DNA of 58,690 nt from Labilibaculum sp. (GCA_032125735.1 JAQBBZ010000051.1:1-58690), one strand, 5' to 3'; shown: positions 1 to 10,202, counted from the first letter of the stretch. The notes: generated by a model from the sequence alone, not told the origin. A program made the numbers and translations.

Positions 1-344
1 AAAATTACAAATATGGGACTGGTATTGGCAAGGAATGAAACTACAGCCGGGTTTTCAGTTAGTTTTATCGAGAGAAAGAAAGCACACATGGATATTACTT
101 CCGAACATCCGATTAGGAATAAAATGAATTTCGATTTTTTAGGTAAGGAGCTTAGTTTTTTTCTATCGGTAAAAAAATAGTAGTACAGGTAATTGTATAG
201 CAGGGCAAAGGCAAACCATAACACACCAAACGAGGCCAGGCTAACATCCTTCATCGCCAGTTTGCTAAAAATATATATGTTCGAAAAGCTAATGGTGGCC
301 AATAAAGCCAAAGCACTCCCCTTAAATTTACTACTCAGTACCAT
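1..344 (-). CDS. DMT/EamA family transporter, 5' part only (runs off the window start)
   Basis: Not in the ORF track. Manual translation from ATG at 344 gives MVLSSKFKGSALALLATISFSNIYIFSKLAMKDVSLASFGVLWFAFALL...FFLSIKLTENPAVVSFLANTSPIFVI, open to the edge. The hydrophobic helices and the 'vsflantsPif' motif are EamA-like. Confidence 0.8.
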   Translation of the reverse strand, partial: MVLSSKFKGSALALLATISFSNIYIFSKLAMKDVSLASFGVLWFAFALLYNYLYYYFFTDRKKLSSLPKKSKFILFLIGCSEVISMCAFFLSIKLTENPAVVSFLANTSPIFVI

Positions 345-597
345 CTTCTTAAAATATTTTATCTGCACACAAATGTATTGAATTTTGACAATTCAGAACA
401 GGTCATAAATCATATATTATTTCACTCATCTTACTAAGATGAATGCAGGTTTGATATGGAGAAAAGAGACTTGCTTTATTTGTAAAAGAAAGTGTTCGTA
501 TTCTGAAACAGAATAATTTTTTTTTAGAATAAAAACCCATTAATTGAAGACTGGGTTTAATAAATATTGTAATTTGTAGAAGGAAAGTATACGATCT

Positions 598-849
598 GAA
601 AAATATTCCAGGAATAAAGAGTCGGGTAATATAGGATTTTAGATGATAATTATAAGTTATTAATGAAATAGCTATGATTCTGATAATAATAGTAATAAAT
701 TGGAATAGAAAACTATAAGATATGAGAGAGAAAGTTAATCAGGGGAAAGTGAATAACAGCGATGGGAATTAAAAAACAAACAAAAGAAGAGTGATTGTTT
801 CAGAAGGGAAAACGGATGTTTTTGGAATGAAAATAAAATCAGCCTGAAG
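598..849 (+). repeat. Degenerate 21-nt-phased non-coding array upstream of the 872 ORF
   Basis: GA begins 9 of 12 consecutive 21-nt registers (598, 619, 682, 703, 724, 745, 766, 808, 829). The other three (640, 661, 787) start TA, TA, AA. The region is purine-rich and has stops in the four frames translated by hand. Confidence 0.45.
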
Positions 850-871
850 ACTAAATAAAATCGATACCAAC

Positions 872-1570
872 ATGGGGAAAATGTACAATAAGTTTCGTTT
901 GGAAGAGCTTCCGGTTGTGGCAGATCTTCTTCTGCAGTTAATGAATCGCGACCGGCATTATTTTGCTTCTTTTTCTTCGGAGTTTAATGATGCTTACATT
1001 ACTGATGTGCGGACTCAGATTTTGAGAATACAGAATCTCATCCCTGCACAAACAATAAGTGCCGAAAAATCGAAACTAACCAGCCTTCGTTATCAGGTAA
1101 TGGGGGAGATCATGTATATTCTGGATCGGATTGATGCTTACGTTCGGCGTGCATCCGATCAATTAAATGTGCATGCGGATGATTTTGGAATAAGGGAAGC
1201 AAAACAAGATTTGAAAAGGAAAAATGTGGAAGGGAGTTTGATGAGGATAAAAGAGGTGGAACAAAATATTTCACTCAATTTGCAGGCTCTTCAGATAAAG
1301 GGATACAAAATAGAGTTGGGAGACGAACTTCTGGAATCAACGGAAAAAATGGCTGAAATGAATTTGCTGAAAGTAGAAATGATAAGCCGGAGAAAACAAT
1401 TGGTCATTCAGAATCACACTCAATATCAGTTGCTGTGGAATTATATTCTCGAGATTTCCGACATCGGAAAATTGGTGATGCGCCTGGAGCAAGCCAAGGC
1501 CAACGAATATAAGTTCTGCAACTTGTTAAAACACATCAGAAAACCGGCAACTGTATTAGATGTTTCTTAA
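872..1570 (+). CDS. Uncharacterised, probably all-helical Bacteroidota protein
   Basis: 232 aa ORF with amphipathic helical pattern and motifs EELPV...RD...F..FS..F, DFG and EYKF..L. It resembles a hypothetical family I recall from Bacteroidota. No catalytic motif recognised. Confidence 0.75.
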   Translation: MGKMYNKFRLEELPVVADLLLQLMNRDRHYFASFSSEFNDAYITDVRTQILRIQNLIPAQTISAEKSKLTSLRYQVMGEIMYILDRIDAYVRRASDQLNVHADDFGIREAKQDLKRKNVEGSLMRIKEVEQNISLNLQALQIKGYKIELGDELLESTEKMAEMNLLKVEMISRRKQLVIQNHTQYQLLWNYILEISDIGKLVMRLEQAKANEYKFCNLLKHIRKPATVLDVS

Positions 1571-1630
1571 GCCCCAGAGCATTTTGAAAAGGAAGAAAAG
1601 TAAGAGAATTCAGATATTCTTAATATATTC

Positions 1631-1942
1631 GTGCGCATGATAATTCATTTGCTATTAGCTGCTCTTTCAACCTTTGTTTTAAATATTCCTTTTGGTTACA
1701 TCAGACAAGGGTTTAAAAAATTCGCTGTAATGTGGTTTGTTTGCATTCATGCACCTATTCCTTTTGTTATTCTGTTTCGGCATTTATTCGGTTTGGGCTT
1801 TCAGCTATATACTTATCCTATAATGGTTAGTGCTTTCTTTTTAGGACAGTTTGCCGGAAAAAAAATTAGAATTAGAAGAGATGAAAAAAAAGGATTTTCG
1901 CAAGAACTACAAGTTAAAGACATAAAAAAAGACCAACTCTAA
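1631..1942 (+). CDS. Small membrane protein of unknown function (alternative ATG at 1637)
   Basis: 103 aa with about 3 hydrophobic segments and motif NIPFG..R...KKF...WF..IHAPIPF. Confidence 0.75.
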   Translation: MRMIIHLLLAALSTFVLNIPFGYIRQGFKKFAVMWFVCIHAPIPFVILFRHLFGLGFQLYTYPIMVSAFFLGQFAGKKIRIRRDEKKGFSQELQVKDIKKDQL

Positions 1943-1954
1943 AGCTGGCCTTTC
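1924..1954 (-). terminator. Intrinsic terminator of pgi
   Basis: Minus strand reads AAAGGCCAGC-TTTAGA-GTTGGTCTTT followed by a T-run, just after the pgi stop. Confidence 0.6.
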
Positions 1955-1976
1955 ATCTATTGTATTGAAATTGTGA

Positions 1977-3317
1977 CTATAATTTCTCTTTGATTTTTTT
2001 CGTTTCCTCTTCGAAACCTGGTTTCTCAAGCAAAGCAAACATGTTGCTTTTGTATGCTTCAACACCTGGCTGGTCAAATGGATTTACATCTAAAATGTAA
2101 CCACTAACCCCACAAGCAATTTCAAAAAAGTATATTAATTCTCCCAAGTAGAATTCATTCAACTGAGGCATTTCAATTCTTAAATTTGGAACACCACCAT
2201 CAACGTGAGCCAATTGAGTTCCTAATTCGGCCATTTTATTAACCGCATCAATACGTCTTCCTGCCAAAAAGTTCAAGCCATCCAGGTTGTCTTTGTCTTT
2301 AGGAATAATTACGGTATGGTTTGGTTTCGCTATTGAAATAACCGTTTCGAAAATAGTGCGCTGTCCTTCCTGAATGTATTGTCCCATGGAGTGTAAATCA
2401 CTCGTAAAATCAACACTGGCAGGAAAAATACCTTTGTTTTCTTTTCCTTCACTTTCTCCGTAAAGTTGCTTCCACCATTCAGCTACATTGTGCAATTTTG
2501 GGTTGTAATTCGCAAGAATTTCAATTCCTTTCCCTTTTGCATAAAGAGCATTTCTGCTAGCAGCATACAATAATGCAGGATTTTCTTCAAAAGGCGTTGC
2601 TAATGCATATTTCTGCATCGATTTAGCGCCTTTTACCAATTCTTTGATATCGTTACCTGCAACTGCGATAGGAAGTAATCCTACTGGAGTTAAAACAGAG
2701 AATCGACCGCCTACATCATCCGGAATTACAAACGTTTTGTATCCTTCCTGAACTGCAAGAGTTCTAAGTGCACCTTTAGATGCATCGGTAATTGCGATAA
2801 TTCTTTCACGAGCTTCTTCTTTGCCTACATTCTCTTCCAGCAGTTCTTTTAACAGACGAAAGGCAATAGCAGGTTCGGTAGTAGTTCCCGATTTAGAAAT
2901 AACACAGATTCCAAAATCAAGGTCTTTTAAAATATCCATCAATTCAAATAGATAATCCTCGCTGATGTTTTGGCCTGCATACAATACAAGTGGATTGTCA
3001 TTGCCTGTATTTAGTTGGTCGAAACTATGAGCCAAAGCATCATTTACAGCTTTTGCACCCAGGTAAGATCCACCAATACCAATAACCACAAGTACTTCTA
3101 CTTTTTCTTTAAGAGATAAAGCCGTTGCTTCGATGTCGTTCAGCTCCTCTTCTGTAATCTGAGAAGGTAAATCTACCCAGCCCACAAAATCATTTCCCTT
3201 ACCGGTTCCTTCTTGAAGAGCAGTTAAATGTTTTTCACTCTCATCCTTAAATTTGAAAATCTCTTCCTTGCTTACGAAGTTTAAAGATTTTTCAAAGCTC
3301 AACTTGATGTGTTCCAT
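1977..3317 (-). CDS. pgi: Glucose-6-phosphate isomerase
   Basis: Motifs [33 protein letters not shown] and [14 protein letters not shown] at 3317 preferred over TTG at 3326. Confidence 0.97.
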   Translation of the reverse strand: MEHIKLSFEKSLNFVSKEEIFKFKDESEKHLTALQEGTGKGNDFVGWVDLPSQITEEELNDIEATALSLKEKVEVLVVIGIGGSYLGAKAVNDALAHSFDQLNTGNDNPLVLYAGQNISEDYLFELMDILKDLDFGICVISKSGTTTEPAIAFRLLKELLEENVGKEEARERIIAITDASKGALRTLAVQEGYKTFVIPDDVGGRFSVLTPVGLLPIAVAGNDIKELVKGAKSMQKYALATPFEENPALLYAASRNALYAKGKGIEILANYNPKLHNVAEWWKQLYGESEGKENKGIFPASVDFTSDLHSMGQYIQEGQRTIFETVISIAKPNHTVIIPKDKDNLDGLNFLAGRRIDAVNKMAELGTQLAHVDGGVPNLRIEMPQLNEFYLGELIYFFEIACGVSGYILDVNPFDQPGVEAYKSNMFALLEKPGFEEETKKIKEKL

Positions 3318-3527
3318 TGTTTTCAAATTAAGTTATAAAATCCAGATCTGTCAGAACCGATACCCCCTCAGAGCGAAAGACAGAAATGGGTTTAATGTGT
3401 ATAATTAATTAAACGTATTCAAACTAAAATAATTGATGAATGTTTTTTTTATGATCCATTCATACAATGAGTTGCTTTTAATATTGCAAAGTTTTTCAAA
3501 AGATAAATTTACAATAGAAAAGTAATT

Positions 3528-4523
3528 TTAACGTAATTCTTCTGTTAATAATTTGATTTCCATTGCTGGAGATATTTTTTCGTACAGAATATTATAAACA
3601 GCCATGGTAATAGGCATGTGAACCTTGTAGATCTCATTAATTTCTTTAATACAACTAACGGCGTAATATCCTTCGGCAATCATGTGCATTTCTAATTGAG
3701 CAAATTTTACAGAATATCCTTTTCCAATCATGGTTCCAAAAGTTCTGTTTCTACTAAATTGAGAATAGCAAGTAACCAATAAATCACCTAAATACGCTGA
3801 GCTTTTGATATCTCTTGTGATGGGATGTACTGTATCTACAAAACGTTTAATTTCTTGAATTGCGTTAGAGATTAACACGGCTTGAAAATTATCACCATAA
3901 CGAAGTCCGTGACAAATACCCGATGCAACAGCAATAACGTTTTTCAGAACAGCAGAATATTCGGTTCCGTAAATATCATCTGAAATTGATGTTTTAATAT
4001 ATGCACACTCCAGATTTAATGCTAAATTTCTTGCTCTTTTTGTATTCTGAGAAGCAATGGTTAAGTATGATAATCGTTCCAATGCAACTTCTTCCGCATG
4101 ACAAGGTCCGGAAATGACTCCGATGTTATCAATGGGCACATTGTATTTTACGTTTAAGAATTCTCCAATAATCATGTTTTCATCGGGAACAATTCCTTTA
4201 ATAGCCGAAACAACAAATTTATCTTCGAAGCTAACCGTAAGGTTCTTAAGTGCATTTTTTAAGAAGGCTGAGGGTATTGCAAATATAATGACGTCGGAAT
4301 TCGTAACAATTTCGTCAATATTAGAAGAGAAATTGATTTTGTCGATATCAAATTTGGCACTTGTAATGTAACGTGGATTGTGACCTAATTGCTTGAATTG
4401 TTCAATGGTATCCGGATTACGCATGTACCAGTTGATTCCGGGTAGATTTTCCATAAGGATTTTTGCAAGGGCTGTTGCCCAACTACCGCCTCCAATTATG
4501 GCAAATTTTAATGATTTGTTCAT
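3528..4523 (-). CDS. gpsA: NAD(P)H-dependent glycerol-3-phosphate dehydrogenase
   Basis: Rossmann GGGSWATA, plus SGPCHAEEV, LKNVIA and GDLLVTCYSQFSRNR motifs. Confidence 0.95.
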   Translation of the reverse strand: MNKSLKFAIIGGGSWATALAKILMENLPGINWYMRNPDTIEQFKQLGHNPRYITSAKFDIDKINFSSNIDEIVTNSDVIIFAIPSAFLKNALKNLTVSFEDKFVVSAIKGIVPDENMIIGEFLNVKYNVPIDNIGVISGPCHAEEVALERLSYLTIASQNTKRARNLALNLECAYIKTSISDDIYGTEYSAVLKNVIAVASGICHGLRYGDNFQAVLISNAIQEIKRFVDTVHPITRDIKSSAYLGDLLVTCYSQFSRNRTFGTMIGKGYSVKFAQLEMHMIAEGYYAVSCIKEINEIYKVHMPITMAVYNILYEKISPAMEIKLLTEELR

Positions 4524-4590
4524 GAATTTATAGATAAGTCTGTGTTAATAGAGAATTATTTCTGTAACTATCAGATCTCTAATTTACTAA

Positions 4591-4627
4591 ATATCGGAGG
4601 AAGGGAGAAATTCCCGACCTCCGATAT
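4591..4627 (-). terminator. Strong hairpin downstream of lysS (terminator or processing stem)
   Basis: ATATCGGAGG..GGGA-GAAAT-TCCC..CCTCCGATAT inverted repeat; the U-tail is weak. Confidence 0.5.
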
Positions 4628-4648
4628 GGAAATATTTTTAAGAGAGGC

Positions 4649-6370
4649 TTACGATAACCACTCTGCAACGTCTTCCTGACTTGGGTTTTTCAATCCCATT
4701 TTTAGTTTTTTATTCCAGCCACAAATATCTTGGTGAAGTTTTGTTGACTTCTCTTCCTTTAAAGAGCGAACGGTTTGAAAACCAGCCTTACGAATAATTG
4801 GCATCCACTCCACAGCAATACCCAATTCGATAAATTTTTCATCGCTGTCAACAGTCGCTTTCTTCTCTGGTCTCATTTGAGGGAAGAACAATACATCCTG
4901 AATAGATTGAGAGTTGGTCATCAACATGGTAAGACGATCGATACCAATTCCCATACCTGATGTAGGAGGCATACCATATTCAAGTGCGCGAACAAAGTCC
5001 ATATCAATAAACATGGCTTCATCATCACCCTTTTCACTTAGTTTATTTTGATCCTGAAAACGCTCTAGCTGATCAATTGGATCATTTAGCTCCGAATAGG
5101 CATTACAAAGCTCTTTTCCATTCACCATCAACTCGAAACGTTCGGTTAATTCAGGATTATCTCTGTGTTTTTTACAAAGCGGTGACATCTCAACAGGATA
5201 ATCAGTAATGAAAGTTGGCTGAATGTAATTTCCTTCACATTTTTCACCAAAAATTTCATCAATTAATTTTCCTTTTCCCATGGTTTCATTCGCTTCGATA
5301 TTTAGTTTTTTACAAACTTCACGAAGTTGAACATCATTCATTCCATTGATATCTATTCCTGTAAACTCAAGAATAGAATCCATCATTGTAATACGTTTAT
5401 ACGGACGTTTGAAATCAATCTCCTTATCGCCAACTGTAAGTTTGGTTTTTCCGTGAAGATCCATTGCAACCTTTTCAATCATTTCTTCCGTAAAGTCCAT
5501 CATCCAGTTGTAATCCTTATAGGCAACATAGATTTCCATGACTGTAAATTCAGGATTGTGAGTACGATCCATTCCCTCGTTACGGAAATCTTTCGCAAAC
5601 TCGTAAACTCCATCGAATCCACCAACGATCAATCTTTTCAGGTAAAGCTCGTTAGCAACACGCATATACAATGGAATATCCAATGCATTGTGATGTGTTT
5701 CGAACGGACGAGCAGAAGCTCCACCAGGAATCGCCTGTAGGATTGGTGTTTCCACCTCTAAATAATCTTTGCTGTTGAAAAGCTCGCGCATCGAATTGAT
5801 GATCTTTGTTCTTTTCAAGAAAACATCCTTAACAGCTGGGTTTACGACCAAATCAACATATCGTTGACGGTAACGCATTTCAGGATCGGTAAAAGCATCG
5901 TATATTTTTCCATCTTTTTCCTTCACAACAGGAAGCGGACGAATAGATTTTGAAAGAATAGTTATTTCGGTAGCATGAACCGAAGTTTCACCTACTTGTG
6001 TAACAAATACGTAACCCTTAATTCCAATAAAATCACCAATATCCATCAATTTTTTGAATACTGTGTTATAAAGAGTTTTATCCTCATCCGGGCAAATATC
6101 ATCTCTGGTAATGTATACTTGTATTCTTCCCTTTGAATCTTGAAGTTCAAGAAAGGAAGCCTTACCCATAATTCGTCTACTCATGATTCTACCTGCAATA
6201 CAAACCTCTTGAAGGTTTTTCTTTTCAGGATCGAAATCTTTCAGTATATCTGAAGAATAGTTGTTTACATGATATTGTGCTGCAGGAAATGGATTGATAC
6301 CCAAAGACTGCATTTCTTTAAGGGAATTCCTTCTAATGATTTCTTGTTCACTAAGTTCTAACGCATTCAT
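4649..6370 (-). CDS. lysS: Lysine--tRNA ligase (class II) with short C-terminal extension
   Basis: Motifs RYRQRYVDL, FRNEG..THNPEF and GMPPTSGMGIGIDRL. Start moved to ATG 6370 because a TATCTTTG promoter box lies at 6399-6406. Confidence 0.97.
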   Translation of the reverse strand: MNALELSEQEIIRRNSLKEMQSLGINPFPAAQYHVNNYSSDILKDFDPEKKNLQEVCIAGRIMSRRIMGKASFLELQDSKGRIQVYITRDDICPDEDKTLYNTVFKKLMDIGDFIGIKGYVFVTQVGETSVHATEITILSKSIRPLPVVKEKDGKIYDAFTDPEMRYRQRYVDLVVNPAVKDVFLKRTKIINSMRELFNSKDYLEVETPILQAIPGGASARPFETHHNALDIPLYMRVANELYLKRLIVGGFDGVYEFAKDFRNEGMDRTHNPEFTVMEIYVAYKDYNWMMDFTEEMIEKVAMDLHGKTKLTVGDKEIDFKRPYKRITMMDSILEFTGIDINGMNDVQLREVCKKLNIEANETMGKGKLIDEIFGEKCEGNYIQPTFITDYPVEMSPLCKKHRDNPELTERFELMVNGKELCNAYSELNDPIDQLERFQDQNKLSEKGDDEAMFIDMDFVRALEYGMPPTSGMGIGIDRLTMLMTNSQSIQDVLFFPQMRPEKKATVDSDEKFIELGIAVEWMPIIRKAGFQTVRSLKEEKSTKLHQDICGWNKKLKMGLKNPSQEDVAEWLS

Positions 6371-6398
6371 CTTAATCTCAATAAAGTTTATTCGGATG

Positions 6399-6406
6399 CA
6401 AAGATA
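6399..6406 (-). promoter_or_regulatory. Bacteroidota sigma-A -7 box of lysS
   Basis: TATCTTTG matches TAnnTTTG, about 30 nt upstream of the ATG. Confidence 0.65.
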
Positions 6407-6894
6407 ATATAATCTGTCCAAATAATTAATTTCAACTGCTTTACTTATAGGTTTTGATGCCAATTTAACGAGTAAATCACCAAAGAATTCGCTGTATGTC
6501 GTTAATTGAAGCAGGTAGGAAGTTTTAAAAAACAGGATTCATTTTTCCTGATTAAGGAAGCTTTACTATTTGAACAGGAAAATGTGTTGCAACTGATACT
6601 ATTGTAAAGCGAATAATAATTGTTAATATTGCATGAAATTAAGAGTATTTAGATTGAATAAGAATAGTAAGGCACTCATGTAAGAACCAAAAACATGAGG
6701 TATTTCATGAAAAATTAAATTGTTTCGAATACCTTTGCATTGTTTCAGATTTATTGAGAAATTAAATTTTATTGTCGTGTTTTTATTGTTGAAAATCAGT
6801 TGGTTGTTAGTGGTTTCGATAGCCTGTAAATCATGCAGGGAAAACAAAACTGATTATGATATTGAATCATCAGGAAAAATTAAGCATTAGTTAA

Positions 6895-7764
6895 ATGGAG
6901 ACAAGAAGAAAGCCGGATTGGTTGAAAATACAGTTGCCTAAGGGTGACGATTATGCATATGTGAATGGGATTGTTAAGGAGAATGGTTTACATACTATTT
7001 GTTCGAGCGGGAAATGCCCAAATGTTGGTGAATGTTGGGGGAATGGAACTGCCACTTTTATGATTTTAGGGAATATTTGCACAAGAGCTTGTAAATTTTG
7101 TAATGTTCCGACAGGAAAGCCACTGGAGGCCGATTGGAATGAACCTAAAAGATTAGCTCGTTCTATTAAATTAATGAGCCTGAAACATGCAGTAATTACT
7201 TCTGTAGATCGTGATGATATGGAAGATGGCGGATCAAAAATTTGGGCAGAAACTATTAAAGCGATCAAAGAAATCACTCCGGAAACTACACTTGAGGTTT
7301 TAATTCCCGATTTTAATGGGAAAGAGGAAGATATTCAAAGAGTGATTGATATGAATCCCGAGGTGATCTCTCACAATTTGGAAACTGTTCGCAGATTAAC
7401 CCGCGAAGTTCGAAGTAAGGCAAAATACGACCTTAGTTTAAAGGTTTTAAAGCAAATTGCTGATTCGGGAATTGTTACTAAATCAGGAATCATGCTTGGT
7501 TTGGGTGAAAAAGAAGAGGAGATTTATCAGGTTATGGATGACTTGATTGAAGTGGGAGTTAGAGTGATGACTATTGGTCAGTATTTGCAACCAACAAAGA
7601 ATCATTTGGAAGTTCAGGAATATATAACTCCTGAGGTATTCAAAAAATACGAAACTGTTGGTTTGGAGAAAGGTTTTGCATTTGTAGAGAGTACTCCATT
7701 AGTACGATCTTCGTATCATGCCGAGCGACATGTGAATGCGTTAAACTTAAAAAAGAGTTTATAA
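6895..7764 (+). CDS. lipA: Lipoyl synthase
   Basis: CxxxxCPNxxEC, radical SAM CTRACKFC and C-terminal VRSSYHA motifs. Confidence 0.97.
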   Translation: METRRKPDWLKIQLPKGDDYAYVNGIVKENGLHTICSSGKCPNVGECWGNGTATFMILGNICTRACKFCNVPTGKPLEADWNEPKRLARSIKLMSLKHAVITSVDRDDMEDGGSKIWAETIKAIKEITPETTLEVLIPDFNGKEEDIQRVIDMNPEVISHNLETVRRLTREVRSKAKYDLSLKVLKQIADSGIVTKSGIMLGLGEKEEEIYQVMDDLIEVGVRVMTIGQYLQPTKNHLEVQEYITPEVFKKYETVGLEKGFAFVESTPLVRSSYHAERHVNALNLKKSL

Positions 7765-7765
7765 A

Positions 7766-8470
7766 ATGATTAAGACTATATTTCGCGATCTGGGATCAAT
7801 TGATTATAAAGAAGCATGGGATTATCAGGAGAAATTGTTTGATGAGGTTTTAGCATCTAAACAGGCAAATGCTGATCTTCCTGCCGAGCAAAAGAATTTA
7901 TCGAATAACTACCTGCTGTTTTGCGAACATCCTCATGTTTATACTCTTGGGAAAAGTGGGAAAGAACAAAATATGCTTTTGGATTTGCTGCAATTACAAG
8001 CAAAAGAGGCAAGTTTTCATAAAATAAACCGTGGTGGTGATATAACCTATCACGGTCCGGGTCAGATTGTAGGTTATCCAATATTAAATTTGGAAACCTA
8101 CGATATGGGAATTAAAAAATACATCGAAACCTTAGAGCAAGCTGTAATTGATTGTATTGCTGATTATGGAATTGCAGGAACCCGATTAGACGGGGCCACT
8201 GGTGTTTGGCTGGATGTTGGAAAACCTACCGTTCGTAAGATTTGTGCGATTGGAGTTCGAATTAGCCGATGGGTAAGTATGCACGGTTTTGCATTCAATG
8301 TAAATACCGATTTGAAATATTTCGAGTACATTAATCCATGTGGTTTTGTGGATAAAGGAGTGACATCATTAAAAAAAGAATTGGGCAAAGAGCTTGATAT
8401 AGAAGAAGTAAAACATAATTTAAAGGGCCATATCAGTAAACTGTTTGATATGACGCTTGAAATTGACTAA
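7766..8470 (+). CDS. lipB: Lipoyl(octanoyl) transferase
   Basis: EHPHVYTLG, RGGDITYHGPGQ, KICAIG, HGFAFN and PCG motifs. Confidence 0.97.
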   Translation: MIKTIFRDLGSIDYKEAWDYQEKLFDEVLASKQANADLPAEQKNLSNNYLLFCEHPHVYTLGKSGKEQNMLLDLLQLQAKEASFHKINRGGDITYHGPGQIVGYPILNLETYDMGIKKYIETLEQAVIDCIADYGIAGTRLDGATGVWLDVGKPTVRKICAIGVRISRWVSMHGFAFNVNTDLKYFEYINPCGFVDKGVTSLKKELGKELDIEEVKHNLKGHISKLFDMTLEID

Positions 8471-8492
8471 TTTAGCTTGCCAAATTCAGATT

Positions 8493-10202
8493 ATGGAAAA
8501 AAGATGGGTAATCAATAAGCCGGGAGATGAAGAGACGGTTACAACACTTATGGATTCACTTGGTGTTGACCGTTTAGTCGCCGACTTGCTGGTACAGCGT
8601 GGGATTACTACATTCGATTCAGCTAAAAAATTTTTTCGTCCAAGCCTTGACGATCTGCATGATCCTTTTCTAATGAAAGACATGGATAAGGCTGTGGAAA
8701 GAGTAGAGACAGCAATTCAAAAACAGGAAAGAGTTATGATCTATGGTGATTATGACGTAGATGGAACTACATCTGTCTCTCTTGTTTATACCTATCTTAA
8801 AAAACACTTCGATTTTATAGATTATTATATTCCTGATCGTTACTCTGAAGGATATGGAGTTTCGAAAACAGGTATCGATTATGCTGCTGAAAATAAATTC
8901 AGCTTGATAATTGCCTTGGACTGTGGTATTAAAGCAGTCGAGAAAATAGCTTACGCGAAAGAAAAAGGGATTGATTTTATCGTTTGTGATCATCATACAC
9001 CAGGTGATATTCTGCCTGAGGCTATTGCAGTTCTGGATCCTAAAAGATTGGATTGCGATTATCCTTGTGATGCGTTATCGGGTTGCGGAGTTGGCTTTAA
9101 GTTAATGCAAGGAATGGCTCAGAAAATGGAATGGCCATTTGAGGAGTTGATCCCATTACTGGATTTAGTGGCTGTTAGTATCGCTTCGGATATTGTTCCT
9201 ATTACTGATGAAAACAGAGTGCTTGCTCATTTTGGTTTGATACAATTGAATAACTTTCCACGCCTAGGCCTCAAAACAATTCTGAATTTGGCTGGAGTTG
9301 ATAAAGACTTAACGGTAAACGATATCGTTTTTAAAGTTGGGCCAAGAATTAATGCTGCCGGAAGAATTCAATCGGGCAATAGAGCCGTACAATTATTAAT
9401 TGCAGACACCGAGGAATCGGCTATCTTAATAGGTGACAGTATTAATGTAATGAATGAAGATCGCAAAGAATTGGATCACAACATTACTGATGAAGCATTA
9501 GAAAGAGTCGCAAAAAGCAGTGCTCTTCTTGCTAAAAAAAGTACTGTTCTTTTCGATCGTAATTGGAACAAAGGAGTGATAGGAATTGTTGCTTCACGAA
9601 TGATTGAGAATTACTATAAACCGACCGTCATTCTAACCGAATCGAATGGCTTTGCTACAGGTAGTGCACGTTCTGTTGATGGCTTTGATTTATACAATGC
9701 AATTTCGGATTGTAGTGATTTGTTGGAAAATTTTGGTGGACACAAATACGCAGCAGGTCTGACCATGAAACTAGAGAACGTAGTAGAGTTTCAAAAACGT
9801 TTCGAGGATTATGTGGTGAATAATATTACGGAGGACATGTTAGTGCCTCAGGTTAAGATCGATGCAAACATAAAGTTGTCTGATATTACACCGAAGTTTT
9901 ATCGGATAATTAAGCAGTTCGAACCCTTCGGTCCAAAGAATATGACTCCGATTTTTGTAAGCGAACAAGTTCTCGATTATGGTTACAGTCGCCCGGTAGG
10001 TAGAAATAAAGAGCATCTTAAGCTCTCTGTTGTTGATGATATTCGAGAAGGAGACGTTAAAGCTGGGATTGCTTTTTCAATGGGAGATTTATATACGAAA
10101 ATTTCAAGTGGTGTACCTTTTGATGTTTGTTACTCGCTTCAGGAGAATGAATACATGGGGAAAGTAGAGACTCAGTTAATGGTTCGGGATATCAAATTTT
10201 AA
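8493..10202 (+). CDS. recJ: Single-stranded-DNA exonuclease RecJ
   Basis: GDYDVDG, DCG, DHH, PRINAAGR and GGHKYAAG motifs. ATG at 8493 preferred. Confidence 0.96.
   Translation: MEKRWVINKPGDEETVTTLMDSLGVDRLVADLLVQRGITTFDSAKKFFRPSLDDLHDPFLMKDMDKAVERVETAIQKQERVMIYGDYDVDGTTSVSLVYTYLKKHFDFIDYYIPDRYSEGYGVSKTGIDYAAENKFSLIIALDCGIKAVEKIAYAKEKGIDFIVCDHHTPGDILPEAIAVLDPKRLDCDYPCDALSGCGVGFKLMQGMAQKMEWPFEELIPLLDLVAVSIASDIVPITDENRVLAHFGLIQLNNFPRLGLKTILNLAGVDKDLTVNDIVFKVGPRINAAGRIQSGNRAVQLLIADTEESAILIGDSINVMNEDRKELDHNITDEALERVAKSSALLAKKSTVLFDRNWNKGVIGIVASRMIENYYKPTVILTESNGFATGSARSVDGFDLYNAISDCSDLLENFGGHKYAAGLTMKLENVVEFQKRFEDYVVNNITEDMLVPQVKIDANIKLSDITPKFYRIIKQFEPFGPKNMTPIFVSEQVLDYGYSRPVGRNKEHLKLSVVDDIREGDVKAGIAFSMGDLYTKISSGVPFDVCYSLQENEYMGKVETQLMVRDIKF

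Noticed and set aside
193-381. 62 aa plus-strand ORF
   Set aside because: It is the antisense shadow of the EamA transporter gene on the minus strand.
6623-6847. 74 aa intergenic ORF
   Set aside because: AT-rich low-complexity translation with a non-ATG start and no motif; probably promoter DNA.
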